This document shows, piece after piece, positions 38,134 through 50,778 of a stretch of DNA of 64,000 bases. The number at the start of each line of letters is the position of its first letter. Positions within the stretch are counted from its first letter, which is position 1. A program made the translations under genes and the position numbers. Below the pieces are notes generated by a model, which saw only the letters and a program-made list of their open reading frames with translations, did no database searches and was not told the DNA's origin. The stretch comes from Eledone cirrhosa (taxonomy: Eukaryota), in contig OZ024747.1 of assembly GCA_964016885.1 (NCBI GenBank), positions 93,434,001 through 93,498,000 of the forward strand, in the 5' to 3' direction.

Positions 38134-38559
38134 ATAGAAGTTGAACAGAAAAAACAGAAAAACATAAAGAATAAATAAAACTTACATCTGTTGTTTCAAT
38201 TCATTGATATGCCCTGGGCTGATATTTGGTGTTGCTTTCTCAAAGTACTGGTGACATATGACTTAGAATAAATAGCCTCACAGCATCAGCAAAAGGAGTA
38301 TATAAGGCCACTATTTATTGGTCAGATTTAGCTACACCACACCATCATCAAGTCATTTGAATTCCTTAGTGGCGTCATTGTCTGAGATTTGGCTTGAACT
38401 TGCTCAGGAATGAGGTCAGTCAGGGATTGACCTTGTAGGTATGTATGTTACTGTGTCAGATGGGAGTGTTTTCAGTAACAGCAATAACTGATGATACCTT
38501 ATTTTGTTAGGAGTGGCAGTTAGCCCCAATGATCATGGTAGTAATAGTGGAAGTAGTGC

Positions 38560-38620
<61 letters not shown>

Positions 38621-39035
38621 TGTTTCTACTTTTGGCACAAGGCCAGCAATTACCCAGTACATTACTGGTACTTTATTTTATCGACCTAAAGGATGAAAGG
38701 CAAAGGTAACCTTGGCAGGATTTGAACTCAGAACGTAAAGGGACGTAACTCTATGCTGGAAAGCATGGCGTCCGACTATCTACTGATACTGCCAATACAA
38801 TAAAATAGTATAATGACCAGTTACAAACTGACGATGTCATAACTGTTGCATAATGGTTACCACCGAAATATATATAACAGCGAATATGAATAAATGAAGT
38901 GAATTATAACCTGTTGACTTGTACTTAATGTTTATATATAAACTCCTAAGTAAACAGACCCACTTATGTACTTCATCGAGTGCTTTACCCTGCATACTAA
39001 AGTGTCGGTGATAAATTAACACATATTCTAATTAA

Positions 39036-39075
<40 letters not shown>

Positions 39076-39141
39076 GTATATAGGACAAGTTAAGTATAAT
39101 TAGTTATAACAGTGACATATACAGGTACTTAAGTTTATATG

Positions 39142-39191
39142 ACAGGCTGAATGAGTTGGGGTGTATAACCCAACGAAACTTAAGTACCTGT
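39142..39191 (+). ncRNA. Type I hammerhead motif with one extra core nucleotide
   Basis: ACAGG-CTGAATGA-GTTGGG GTGTATAA CCCAAC-GAAA-CTTAAG-TA-CCTGT: perfect stems I and II, palindromic stem III. Confidence 0.65.
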
Positions 39192-39476
39192 ATAGGTCAG
39201 TTGTTACTTATTATATCGGCTCTGTAAAACACTTGAAAATTTGCATTGGGCCTTTTGTCATACCGGTAACCGGCTAGTACTTAGTACTACCCTCGATATT
39301 TATAGTTGTATTAAACAAATATAAATATAAATATCCTTATTACTATATATATATATACACACATGTAGTAGACAAAAACATTTAAAAAATCATTATATAT
39401 ATATATATATATATGAAGTAATTCCGTCGGAAAAGTCCAGGAAAAAAGAGTGCTCTATGTAGGTAACAGAGCTTAA

Positions 39477-39720
39477 TAGTTATGTAATAAACAACATAAA
39501 GCAAGTATTCCATTTACCAGTGGTTTCTTAAAAGCAAAAAATGTTGCTTTCAATCATCAGAATGAAAAAATCCTGGTCTATTTATTGAATTGGATTTTTA
39601 AAAATCCAATTCAATAAATAGACCAGGATTTTTTCATTCTGATGATTGAAAGCAACATTTTTTGCTTTTAAGAATCCACTGGTAAATGGAATACTTGCTT
39701 TATGTTGTTTATTACATAAC

Positions 39721-39723
<3 letters not shown>
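39477..39723. repeat. Near-perfect ~250-bp palindrome
   Basis: Arms centred on tttt ta aaaa (~39600) with one mismatch seen. Confidence 0.95.
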
Positions 39724-39764
<41 letters not shown>

Positions 39765-39765
39765 C

Positions 39766-39822
<57 letters not shown>

Positions 39823-42800
39823 GTGTGTGAATAAAGGTGTCACATCAAGAACTTAATATTTCATTTGTTGTTTATCTTAACTATAATAAATATTTATAAT
39901 AAATACGTCATATATGTATTATGATAATTTCACAATTTTGCAACTTATAAACAAAATGTTATGATACAATGTTATTACATAGTATGTTATCACATGGTAT
40001 GTTATTACACAGTATGTTAACGATGTCAGTATTACACTATAGGTTGCACACATCAGAATCACACACTGGGTTACACATGCTACCCTCAAACTTGTTATAC
40101 TAGTGTTATCAATATACTGTAGTTAGTATTACACAATAGATTATTTAAATGCTTATCTATCACACAGGAAATTCACAATAACTTAACTTGGCTTTACACA
40201 TTATCCCATAGTGGATTACCAAAGAGGTTATCCCATACTAAGATATAAATATCAGTATCACACAGAATACATAGACATATCACACAGATATTATTTATAT
40301 ATGAAAAAAAAGATTTGTACATGAGCAGGGGAGAGGAGAAAGAGTGGGGGGGGGGGGGGTGAGAGAGGGAGAAAGAGAGATGGAATGATGGAGAGAGAGG
40401 GAAGACGGGGAGTGAGAGATAGATAGATGAAGGTATGGAGGAAGAGTTAGTAGCTTACTAGCAGAGCAGAACATATTGAATATGGCATATAATTTGATGA
40501 TTTTCAGTCTTGAACTCAAGTAATTTAACATGCACCAGTTGCACACTCACCTACATTTAGTCAGAATAACAGGAATAACAACAACATGGTCAAAGAAATC
40601 ATGAATTAAGTGAGAGAGACAAAGGCAGTGACAATGGGATTTTGATTCTATCATGCTCAGTCCTTGCTAGGAACTATTTATTTAAAGCAATATAGCACAC
40701 ACATACATACACAGAGACTCACACAGATACAGAGAGACACACATACACAGAGAGACGCACATACACAGATACTCACACGTAATGTAGGTGCTGATAATAG
40801 TAATGTGCCAAAGCAGAGACTTGCTCTTAAAGAAAGAGTTCATTAAGACTGGTTTAATTTTAAATGATAAGGAAATTGGCAGACTCTTGGAAGAAAAATG
40901 TAATGCTTTTATCAATCAGCAAAAGATTTTCAACTCTAAGTCAGATAAAATCTATTTAAGCTTTTGCAGAGCAGGGTCGAAAAAGAACTATAGATTCTTG
41001 CTGAATAACTCAATAAGATTGAAGAGCAGATGAGATCTAACTTTTGAACAGAATCAAACAATAAAAAGAATTCCTGAATTCATTGAAGACTGATATGGCT
41101 GATGTAAATCTAGCATTGTTCTGTTTCTTGCAGCAAATAGCAGTGGTACACCCAAAGACAATGAGATAACCATTGTGGCACTACAATAATGAAAGAGATT
41201 TACCAGAAGCTAATAAAATATGACCTAAACCTTCCACTTACAATGGATGAGCTCAATAAAAAAATCTATTAAATTAATGGTACACCCACATGCACATATT
41301 TATATAGGTAGCACTTTTGTTCCGTGTATGAACATAAATAAAATAATATATATATATATATATACACACACACATACATATACATACACATATATATACA
41401 TATACATACATATTTGTTTATACTTTTATTAATTAATTTGATTATTGATTGGTTAATATTAGTTTCATTAATTAATTTTATTGGTAACCCTAAATTATTA
41501 TTTTGTAAATTTGTGTGTGTATATATATATATATACGAAGGGGTTTAAACCTAAAACTTTTCAACACATACAAACTCACACACGTAAATATATATATATG
41601 ATAAATAAATATTCAGCATTGTATATATGTCAAGTAGTCTAGTTGATAAGAATGTTATTAGTCTTAGTTTAGAAATAAAAGCTCATAGTTTGCACATCCA
41701 GGAATAAGATATCTACTGATGATCAGATATCAAACCAAACGAAATATAATATAAATGGAAATATATTTTTTAATGTTTCCTCTGTAAAAATAAATTTAAC
41801 CCATTAGCATTTACATTACTCTATATTTACTATTGTATTTTCACCATAAACACTTTATCTCACATAATATCGAATCTATGAGATTTTAATGTTATTTATT
41901 TTGAGAACAATACCATAACATAAGTATGAGCAGCCAGTTACAGTCGGTTTGTACAGAAAGAGGTGAGAGAATTCTGGCTGGATACAGCCAGTTTAAATGC
42001 CAAAGGGTTAAAAGTTTGAAATATGTTAAGCTTTTAAATAATAATTCATCACAGACTTTAGATATTTAATCCCTTCCTGACCGTATTTTAATCAATTAAT
42101 GAAGAATTTGGAGAGATTTTCTAAAATTATCAATTATTTCATTTCTAAGATAATAGCTAACATATAGTTCTTATCCGAAATTATACATTCTATTTCAATT
42201 AATTGATAAAGAATTTTGAGAAATTTATTCATTATTTCATTACTAAGATAGTAACTTAAGATACATTTCTTTCATAAAAGTATGATGGAAGATTTTAATT
42301 TAAATAGGAATCCTTTAACATTCACATTACTCTATATTCACTATAATATTTTCATGCTAAAGGCTTTACCTCACAATTATATCACATAATATTGAATCTA
42401 TGAGATTTTGATATTATTTATTTTGAGAACAAGACCTTAATATGAGTATGAGTGGCCAGTTACATCCGGTTTGAACAAATTCCGGGTGAGAGAATTCTGG
42501 CCAGATACGGCTAGTTTAAATGCTAGAGTTAAAATAGGTTGTTTAGTTTTACAGAACCAGAGCTGGTCTATGGTAGGTTGGTATTGAATGGGTTAATCAA
42601 ATATTCAACATTTTTTTTTTAATTTTATTTTACACCTGTAACATATTACAGAAATTTCATATCCAGTCGTTGATCACAACACAGAATTGCCAAATGGCTG
42701 TTTAGTGAGCATGAAGCTATGGGCTTGATGATTAAAAAAAAAAAAAATAAATAAATAAAAATAAAAATAGAAGAAATTGCTAAATATTTATTTATCTACA

Positions 42801-43182
42801 AACTTCACGCTATTTAAGAAAACATACACACAGGGCACTGCATCTTACACCTTCCAGAACTAAAACAGACAACACACACATACATGTATATATATATATA
42901 GTCTATATATATATATATGATGATGATATATATATATATATATATAGTATATATATATGTATGTATATGCAAGTATGTATAAGCAATAATAGAAATGCTT
43001 AGGAAACCTTAAACGCTTGGCATGTCCTGAAAGAGTTCTTGTATACAAGTGTCTGAAGAAAACAAAATGAAAAGAAATGTCAGTTTCTGACAGTTATTCA
43101 ATGATTACAAAGATTTGGAAGCAGTGGAAATGGAGTTGCTGAAACAGGAAATAACACAGATTAAAATGGTGCAATATATGGT

Positions 43183-43390
43183 AGTGGTGGTGGTGTTGGT
43201 TGTATTGGTGGTGATGATGGCCGGTGGCTGTGGTGGTGATAATGTTGGTGTTGGCTGTATTGGTAGTGGTGGTGGCTCTGGTGGTGGAGGTGCTGATGGA
43301 GGTGGTGGTGGAGGTGCTGATGGAGGTGGTGGTGATGTTGCTGGTGGCTGTGGTGGTGGTTGTGATGATGGTGGTGGTGGTGGTGGTGGA
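43183..43390. repeat. (GGT)n-rich low-complexity tract
   Basis: Directly visible; source of the poly-G/P/H/T ORFs. Confidence 0.95.
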
Positions 43391-43580
43391 AAAGAAAACA
43401 TGCAAATGTTAGAAATGTCTTCCCACAAGATAGCACTGATTCATTACACCAGTGGCAGTAACTTGTGCTGTCATCTTTTATTTTTGTTCAAATGTAGCAA
43501 TAGATGCCACAATTTTTTTAAAAATTGTCTTACTCCCCCATCTCACACCCACCCTCACCAATGTGGTTAAATAAGGATGA

Positions 43581-44672
43581 CTATAGTATTTGTAATTCAA
43601 AGTGAGAAAATATCAGATCAAAATGAGAATAGTGATTTCAAAATTGACATATACCACATTAAAGTAAGAATAATGATTTCAAAGTTGACATGTATCACAT
43701 CAAAGTGAGAATAAGGATTTCAAAGTTGACATATATCAAGTCAAATTGAGAATAGTGATTTCAAAGTAAATACATATGATTTCAAAGTGAGAATGATGAT
43801 TTCATAGTGAGCTCATGTTACATAAATAAAAGCAAAACTTCATTTAATTAGTCAAGAATACATATCTTCTCAGAGAAAATGTAGCAGGGAAGAGTTTATC
43901 AGTTGAAGAATACAATATGATAAACAAAATATAATAGAAAGACTGCTCTTTTTAGATTATTAGAATTTATTTCAACACACTCACGCATGTATGAATATAT
44001 TATTATAAATGTTCAAACACAGACACACTTGCAAAAATAATTTATATAGAGATTGTACACACAAGTGTAGTGAATGTTATACGCTGTTTTCTGTAGTTTG
44101 TTATCACCCCTTCCTTCCTCAATCATCTCTAGTGTGTGACAGAAGGAAGTCGCTCAAATTTATATATAGACTATAATAATAGTTCATTTTCTATGGAATT
44201 ATTACATTGGTAAAATAAAGTGGAGTGCACAGCTTCTAAAATTGTTGCATGAATATATTTTTAGACATAATATAGCAGTGTTATTGTAATACCTAGACAA
44301 ACAGCATTAAGTGAACATTGGACAAAGTAGACACAAATATCTAATGTTGCTTGCACTCAACTCATATATTGTTATGATTGTACATTAGTGCAATTGCTGT
44401 ACCTGAGAAAACTAGAAAATATTACAACCACACGATAAAGGCTTATAATTTACCAGAAAAGTTGACATTGTTGACATTACAAATGATATTATGTTATTTC
44501 ATGCTTCTCAAAATATCATAGTGAAATCTTTCTTGTGTTAATCTCATTTTGAAATCCTCATTCTTATTTTTAAATGATAAAGTCTCATTTTGAAATCCCT
44601 AATCTTACTTTGAATTGGTATGGCCTCACTTTGAACTAATAGTGTCCTCAATTAAAATTACAAATACTGTAG
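43581..44672. mobile_element. Foldback-type DNA element with subterminal tandem repeats
   Basis: TIR CTATAGTATTTGTAATT / AATTACAAATACTGTAG; ~39-bp modules (tcaaagtgagaatagtgatttcaaag) in opposite orientation at both ends. Confidence 0.55.
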
Positions 44673-45058
44673 GTTTCCAGTAATCTGTATAATTTATTAA
44701 ATTACTGCTAAATACTTTCCTTATTATGAAGTGTTACTTAGGATATGGTAACATGGTGCAACTCTTTCCTTTACAAATAAGAATTTGGGCTCCACTCTAG
44801 AATCTTATGAACCAGTGATAGAGCTTCTGTGAGGTGGCTCAATCTGCTAGAAATAGCAGATATACTTCCATCAAATGTCTGAAGATATAGCTGGAATGCA
44901 TTTGATCATAGGTTAGCTCAATGAGAGCTAATCTTGAGCCAGATAACAACAGCTATTCACAGTTGTTATCTGATCTGCATTTAAATAAGTTGAACACGAG
45001 AGGTTCACAGTTCAATGCTACTGATGGCAATCAGCATTCCAGCCTCTATAAACACTAT

Positions 45059-45319
45059 TAACACTTTCATGACCATATTTCTCATGAAATATATTCAATG
45101 TGTTTCTATTAATTTTGAAAATAATCAAGAATTTGGAAGGTTTTAATAAAATAACCTTTAATAAAATAACCTTTTCATGAAGTTGGTGTTAAGAGCATGA
45201 CAATAAAGTTCTTAAATATAATTATGATTAGTTTTAATTTAGATATAAACATTTTAAAATGGACTGTTTTATCAGAGAACCAGAGGAAGTGTCAGGCAGG
45301 TTGGTATTGAAAGGGTTAA
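45059..45319. mobile_element. Second piggyBac-like MITE family (fragments also near 1704-1850, 16575-16890, 35316-35550, 42067-42597, 50060-50570)
   Basis: TTAA-CACTTTCATGACC...GGTATTGAAAGGG-TTAA ends. Confidence 0.55.
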
Positions 45320-45767
45320 AACACCATTACTACATTCTTAGACAACTGGTATGTTCTATTGCCTCAGATGATAGAATTTTAAGTGTAATAATTGTGCTCT
45401 TAGGGAGAGTGGTAGGTTCTTTCATCTATAAGCATAGTAGCAAGATACTTTTACTATTTGTCACATAGATGACAAAAAGAACTGGAAAAATTATACAGGT
45501 TTATCTCAATATCACCAAGGATGGTAGACCGAATCTGGTATGACTGAACACCACCACACTGTTACAAGCATTCAGACCTAATTTTCTGTTTGAAAATCAT
45601 TTTTTCCAACTAATTATGAAGGCCTTGAAAAGGGGTCATCAATGCTGCCCTTTCATTGCTGACTTAGCTGTAAAAAGACTAATAGATAAATTAAACCAAA
45701 TGAGAAATAAAATCAGCCAGCCAAGCAATCAACATTAATAAATTCTGTATTAAATCTGAGAACTAAC

Positions 45768-45935
45768 CTACTAGCATTGGTACCAACTGATAGATCAGAA
45801 CCAAAACTCTGTTGTCTTCCTGTATGAGTGTGTAGCCACTGTTGAGTTTTGTCCTGTGGAGTAATATCATCTTGGTTGGCATCTTTTGAGGATGGTTTTT
45901 CTCCAGACATATCTGTAGAATCTTCTAGTGGTTTA
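45768..45935 (-). CDS. ITPRID2: ITPRID/KRAP-like gene exon (KPLEDSTD...DKTQQWL...GSDLSVGTNAS)
   Basis: ttttctttcAG acceptor, AG|GTTAGT donor, 168 nt, phase 2->2; KTQQWL and DLSVG resemble the conserved N-terminal KIxxWL / DDLSLG motifs of KRAP/Tespa1. Confidence 0.85.
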
Positions 45936-47060
45936 CTGAAAGAAAATGTTAATGAAAATTGTTTGCAAAAAATTATTTTGAAATGAAGAATTGGTAGAGT
46001 AAAATTGATTAGTGGAATCAGTAGAGTAGCAGACAAAATGCTTTGCAATATTTAGTTTCATCCCTTCATAACATTTCTGAATTTGGTGATTCTGTTATGT
46101 TGGGGGTATATCTCTAAGTTTCATCCCACAAGACAATATAATGTTTAAACATATAAAGAGCAGTTTATTGAATCTCTACTTCAGTATTATGAACCTGAGA
46201 AGCACACCAAATTAATATATTGCTAACAATGAACTAGAAATATCCAAATCTCAGCTCAAATCACATCCTAATATCATAAACAAGCAAGGACACATTAACT
46301 TGTTGGTATCAGATGTCGAGATGAAGTACATGATTATGAGATTTACAAACAAGCTTGGAACATTGACAACAGAAGTTCTAAAAAGATTTAATAAATGTGC
46401 TACGAGTTAACATATGTGACTTGAACAGTACCAGAAAACATTGATCAGTTGTCTTAGCTTTCAAGATTATTGATCAATGTTTCAATTTAGAGGTTTGAGA
46501 ATGAGTAGTATAATTAGAGGTTTGAGAATGAGCAGTATAATTAGAGGTTTGAGAATGAGCAGTATAATTAGAGGTTTGTCATGTTACCTACACAACCACT
46601 TTACAGTGTGGGCTGGATACTTAGGTGGGGGGGGGGTAGATCTTGGGTTATGTGTGAAATGGCAGAGTGTTTGGGCATGGGTGGAGTGTTAGGACATGGA
46701 AGGTGCAGGGGGGGGGGGTGCATAGACGGTGGGAGGGGTGTTGGGACATGGAGGTGTATGGAAAGAGGAGGGGGAAGGTAGTGCATACAAGATGATAAAA
46801 TCAAATCAAGTCTCAACTTGTAGAGAAATGTTTGAGTTTGTTGGTCAGCAGTAAATGTCTGATTGACAACTTTGGTGACACAGGTGGAGTGAACATGCAC
46901 TCAACAGCAGTAGCAACAACAATACAGCATTACCAATTCTTTAAACAGCCATTTCCACAATATAGTTAATACGTATGATAACATCCATGAGTTTGGCTGG
47001 TCTTGGTTGGGGATCCAGCTAGATCAGTTGGAGATGGTTGGTTCTGACAGGACCTGTTGG

Positions 47061-47168
47061 GAGGAGGAGGAGGAGGAGGAGAAGGAAGAGGAAGAGGAAG
47101 AAGAAGAAGAAGAAGAAGAAGAAGAAGAAGAAGAAGAAGAAGAAGAAGAAGAAGAAGAAGAAGAAGAA
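47061..47168. repeat. (GAG)n(GAA)n microsatellite
   Basis: Directly visible. Confidence 0.95.
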
Positions 47169-49035
47169 AACTCTATAAATGATAATTTCTTCCCAAAGTA
47201 CAGTGCCTCTGAATTTTAATCCTCCAAATCCTGTAAAGATTTGAGAGAAAATGTCTAAAAACTGGTTGGTTAATTCAAATGTTTATAACAGTATCTTCCC
47301 TAGTAGACAAAACACTGTATAAATTTACAGTAATAAAGTAAAGACTTAAATGTTTAATGTGATACAGTCATAGTGCTGTTTTGCTAATGTGGTTCATGTA
47401 GTACAGAATGTTATGAGTTAAGCTTAGGGAAATATAAATTTATGACATTCCTCACTTTCCCAAGAAGTAACATAGGGAAACCAGTTCCACCATAAAAACA
47501 AAACTGATTTATAGACTGATTGTTGAGAATGAGAATCACAACTAACATGATAGTCCATCATTATAAATATGCAACAGGACATAAAAATACATACATTAAC
47601 ATGTATTATATAAGTTTAGTCTATCAATATAATGACTGTCTGTAGTTGAGTGGCTGGCTTAACACACACACTCCCACCTTCATAGTTTAATACCAATACA
47701 AGTCAATGACAGATCCTGTATGTTCTCACTCAACTTGCTAGAAATAGTAGCTAAATATCCTGCAAATCACATTCTAACATCTCATAAATTGGAAATATTG
47801 GACAATGTAGTCTTCGATATACTAAAACAAATCAGGATGATCATAGCTGGAATGTCTTTGATCACATCTGTTTGATCAAATCTAACAGAGAACCAAACAA
47901 CAACAATACATGGTCCTTTGATGCCTTTAGTAGGTCTAATACACCAGCCAATTTAACACCATCATCTGCATCTTGGGTGTCTTAGTTCACTCTGGTATAA
48001 GTATTCAAACAAGATCCCACAACCTTCAATTTATTCCACTTCTTATTCATATTTTTCCTGTGGGCACTGACTTCTCCAGATATCAAGGCTTGGTATCAAT
48101 CACACCAATCTTATATATCTGGGAGGGAGCTGCAATGGTCAGAGGCAATGCTCTTTCTCCCTTGATTAACTTATAAAACAAGGTAAGGTTTTACCCAATG
48201 TCATCATTGACAACATTTTACAGTTTTGTTTGGCAGTTTTTTTGGTGTTGAGTTTATCATTATTCTATAAAGTCTAATACACTCATGCTTCAATTTGAAT
48301 TTCAAGACAACACTTTGCTTTAAAAAAATAATAATAATAATGGTCAAAACATGTAATCAAGAAAGATTTTACAACAACAAAAAAAAAGGCATTCAGGAAA
48401 GTCCATTCACAAACCTCATTTGTTGTAGTCAATGTTTTTTACTGAGCTTTAACCAGAAGTAGTTTTGTTTTAAACTGTTGCTGACCAACTCTTGTTGAAG
48501 AGTGTCTTTATACAAATATTGACACACAATACCATACACACACAATACCACACACACTCAATACCATACACACACAATACCATACACACACAATACCACA
48601 CACACTCAATACCATACACAATTTTATGAGAAAATAAAATAAAACAGGTATTAGTTATAATGAAATTCATAGCAATGCCTTCTGGTAATTAAACATAAAT
48701 AAATAAAATAACACTCAACACGCCAGACAAGAATGACAATAATAATAATAATAGTAAGGAGGAGGAGTAGGAGGAGAAGAACAACAACAACAGCAACAAC
48801 AACAATGACAACACAACAAAAAAAGCAAAGAATCAATTTGTCAGAGCTGTCTTGAATTGTCAACTACAGGTGGTCATGAAGTATCCTAAATGAAATACAC
48901 AGGTAAATGATAAAAGAGAATGAGTGATTTCCATTCAGATATCTGTTGCTGTAATATATTTTCTTGGGTAAGAGATATGAATGTTAGATGACACAGTTGG
49001 AGAAGAAACTCTAATTTGGAATATAGCATCTAATT

Positions 49036-49332
49036 CAGAAGTTCTCAAACTTTTGGGGTCCTCAGCGCCCCCAACCCTATTTCCATAGAGACCTGCCTAT
49101 TCACAAATTGTAAATAATAGATAATAAAACTGTTAATTTATACATAATAAATAATATAATATATTCTAAGTATAAATAAATATTATATATTTTTTTTATC
49201 TTACTATATTTATATATAATATCATTTGATATTTAATATACTATTATATCATCTCTAGCGCCCCCCCCCCACCACCACCTGGACATTTTCAAAGCCTCCA
49301 AGGGGCAGAAGCACCCACTTTGAGAACCTCTG
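49036..49332. mobile_element. hAT MITE, same family as 21945-22350, opposite orientation
   Basis: TIR CAGAAGTTCTCAAA/TTTGAGAACCTCTG with perfect 8-bp TSD atctaatt. Confidence 0.9.
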
Positions 49333-50612
49333 ATCTAATTCAATGAGAACTATAATAAATTGACTTTGAACTTCAAATCAATAACACAAATCATCATCAC
49401 TATTTTAATGCTATGCTTCTACTTTAGGCACAAGACCAGCAATTTGTAAAGGAGGGAAAAGTCGATTAAATTTCCCCAGTGCATTACTGGTGCTTTATTT
49501 TATCGACCTCGTAAGGATGAAAGGTAAAGCTAACCTCGATAGAATTTGAACGCAGAAAGTAAAAGGCCGTAACTCTATGTTGCGAAGCAGGATGTTTGAC
49601 CCTCTACAGATACTGCCAAAAAAAAAAGCTATGGGCAATCAAACAGAGACAACATAGAGTTTTAGAAGATCCTTCAGCCTGGACGAACATTTGACAACCT
49701 CTCTAGTATTAGTGCTAAAATAAAATGCACCTAGTACATTCTGTAAAGTGTTAACCATATGAGCAAGCTGAGTCTCCCTGAGTCTGCTGTAACCTGTCTA
49801 GTCTGACTTCACTATTTCTTTTGATTATGCACAACACCATTTTTTCTAAGGAAAGAACCACAGTCAATTGGATTGACTCCTCTACTATATAACCAGTTGG
49901 TATTTTATCAAAATTGCATGTCAAAAATGTCAAGTCTATTTAAGCTTCTACAAGCCAATGAAAGGGCTTCTATATGGTTACTTGACCTGTTAGGAATAGC
50001 AGCCGAACTTCCCTCAAATCCCATCCCAGGACACATTAGATAATGTAGTTCTAATGAAATACACCACCAATGTTTTTTAAATAATTTTAGTAAATCCTTC
50101 GAAATTCTTCCTGAATTAATTAAAATAGAGTGTATTTCATTAGAAAGGTGGTGATGAAAGGGTTAAATAAAGGAGACTACTAAGGGTTTTCAAACAATTT
50201 TGAAAATAATCAAGAATTTGAGAGGATTTAGTAATATAACCAATTTTCTCATTATTAACCCTTTAGAATTTACATTACTCTATATTTACTATTGTATTTT
50301 CATGCTAAACTCTTTATTTCACATATCATCTCACATAATATTGAATCTATGAGATTTTGATATTTATTTTGAGAACAATACCTGGTTACAGCCTGTTTGA
50401 ACAGCAAGAGGTGAGACAATTCAGGCTGGATACGGCCAGTTTAAATGTTTTTTAGAGTATAATTTAAGAAAAGTTCTACATAAAATTATGATGGAAGATT
50501 TTTCAATAACCATAAACACTTTAAAACAATGGCACTTTCTGGCAGTTGGTATCAAAAAGGTAAAAGGTTAAAGAAATTGTAAGAAAATATTTCTAACTCT
50601 CTCAAAGCTTAC

Positions 50613-50778
50613 CTCTCATTCTCATTTGAAGTATGTGCCATTTTATTCAAGGTATCAATTGATGTTTCATTCAGAGAATTGACAGCTATTTCATTCAGCT
50701 TAGAGGGTGACATTTCATTTAGTTTACAGGGAGGCATTTCATCCAGTTTACAGGATGCTATGTCATTCAGGGTATTGG
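50613..50778 (-). CDS. ITPRID2: ITPRID/KRAP-like gene exon with 8-aa repeats (NTLNDIASCKLDEMPPCKLNEMSPSK...NENE)
   Basis: tttttcaccAG acceptor, AG|GTAAGC donor, 166 nt, phase 1->2, stop-free. Confidence 0.8.

Noticed and set aside
38186-38262. Possible exon ending CAGAT|GTAAGT in phase 2
   Set aside because: In-frame stop upstream, no ATG and only a weak AAG acceptor.
41711-41758. CTGATGA...CGAAATATAATA hammerhead-like core
   Set aside because: Stem II does not pair; too degenerate to call.
43094-43570. Gly-, Pro-, His-, Thr-rich ORFs
   Set aside because: Translations of a (GGT)n tract.
48418-48506. Possible exon ending ATGAG|GTTTGT
   Set aside because: Stop in the frame needed for an internal exon; only a speculative one-codon first exon.
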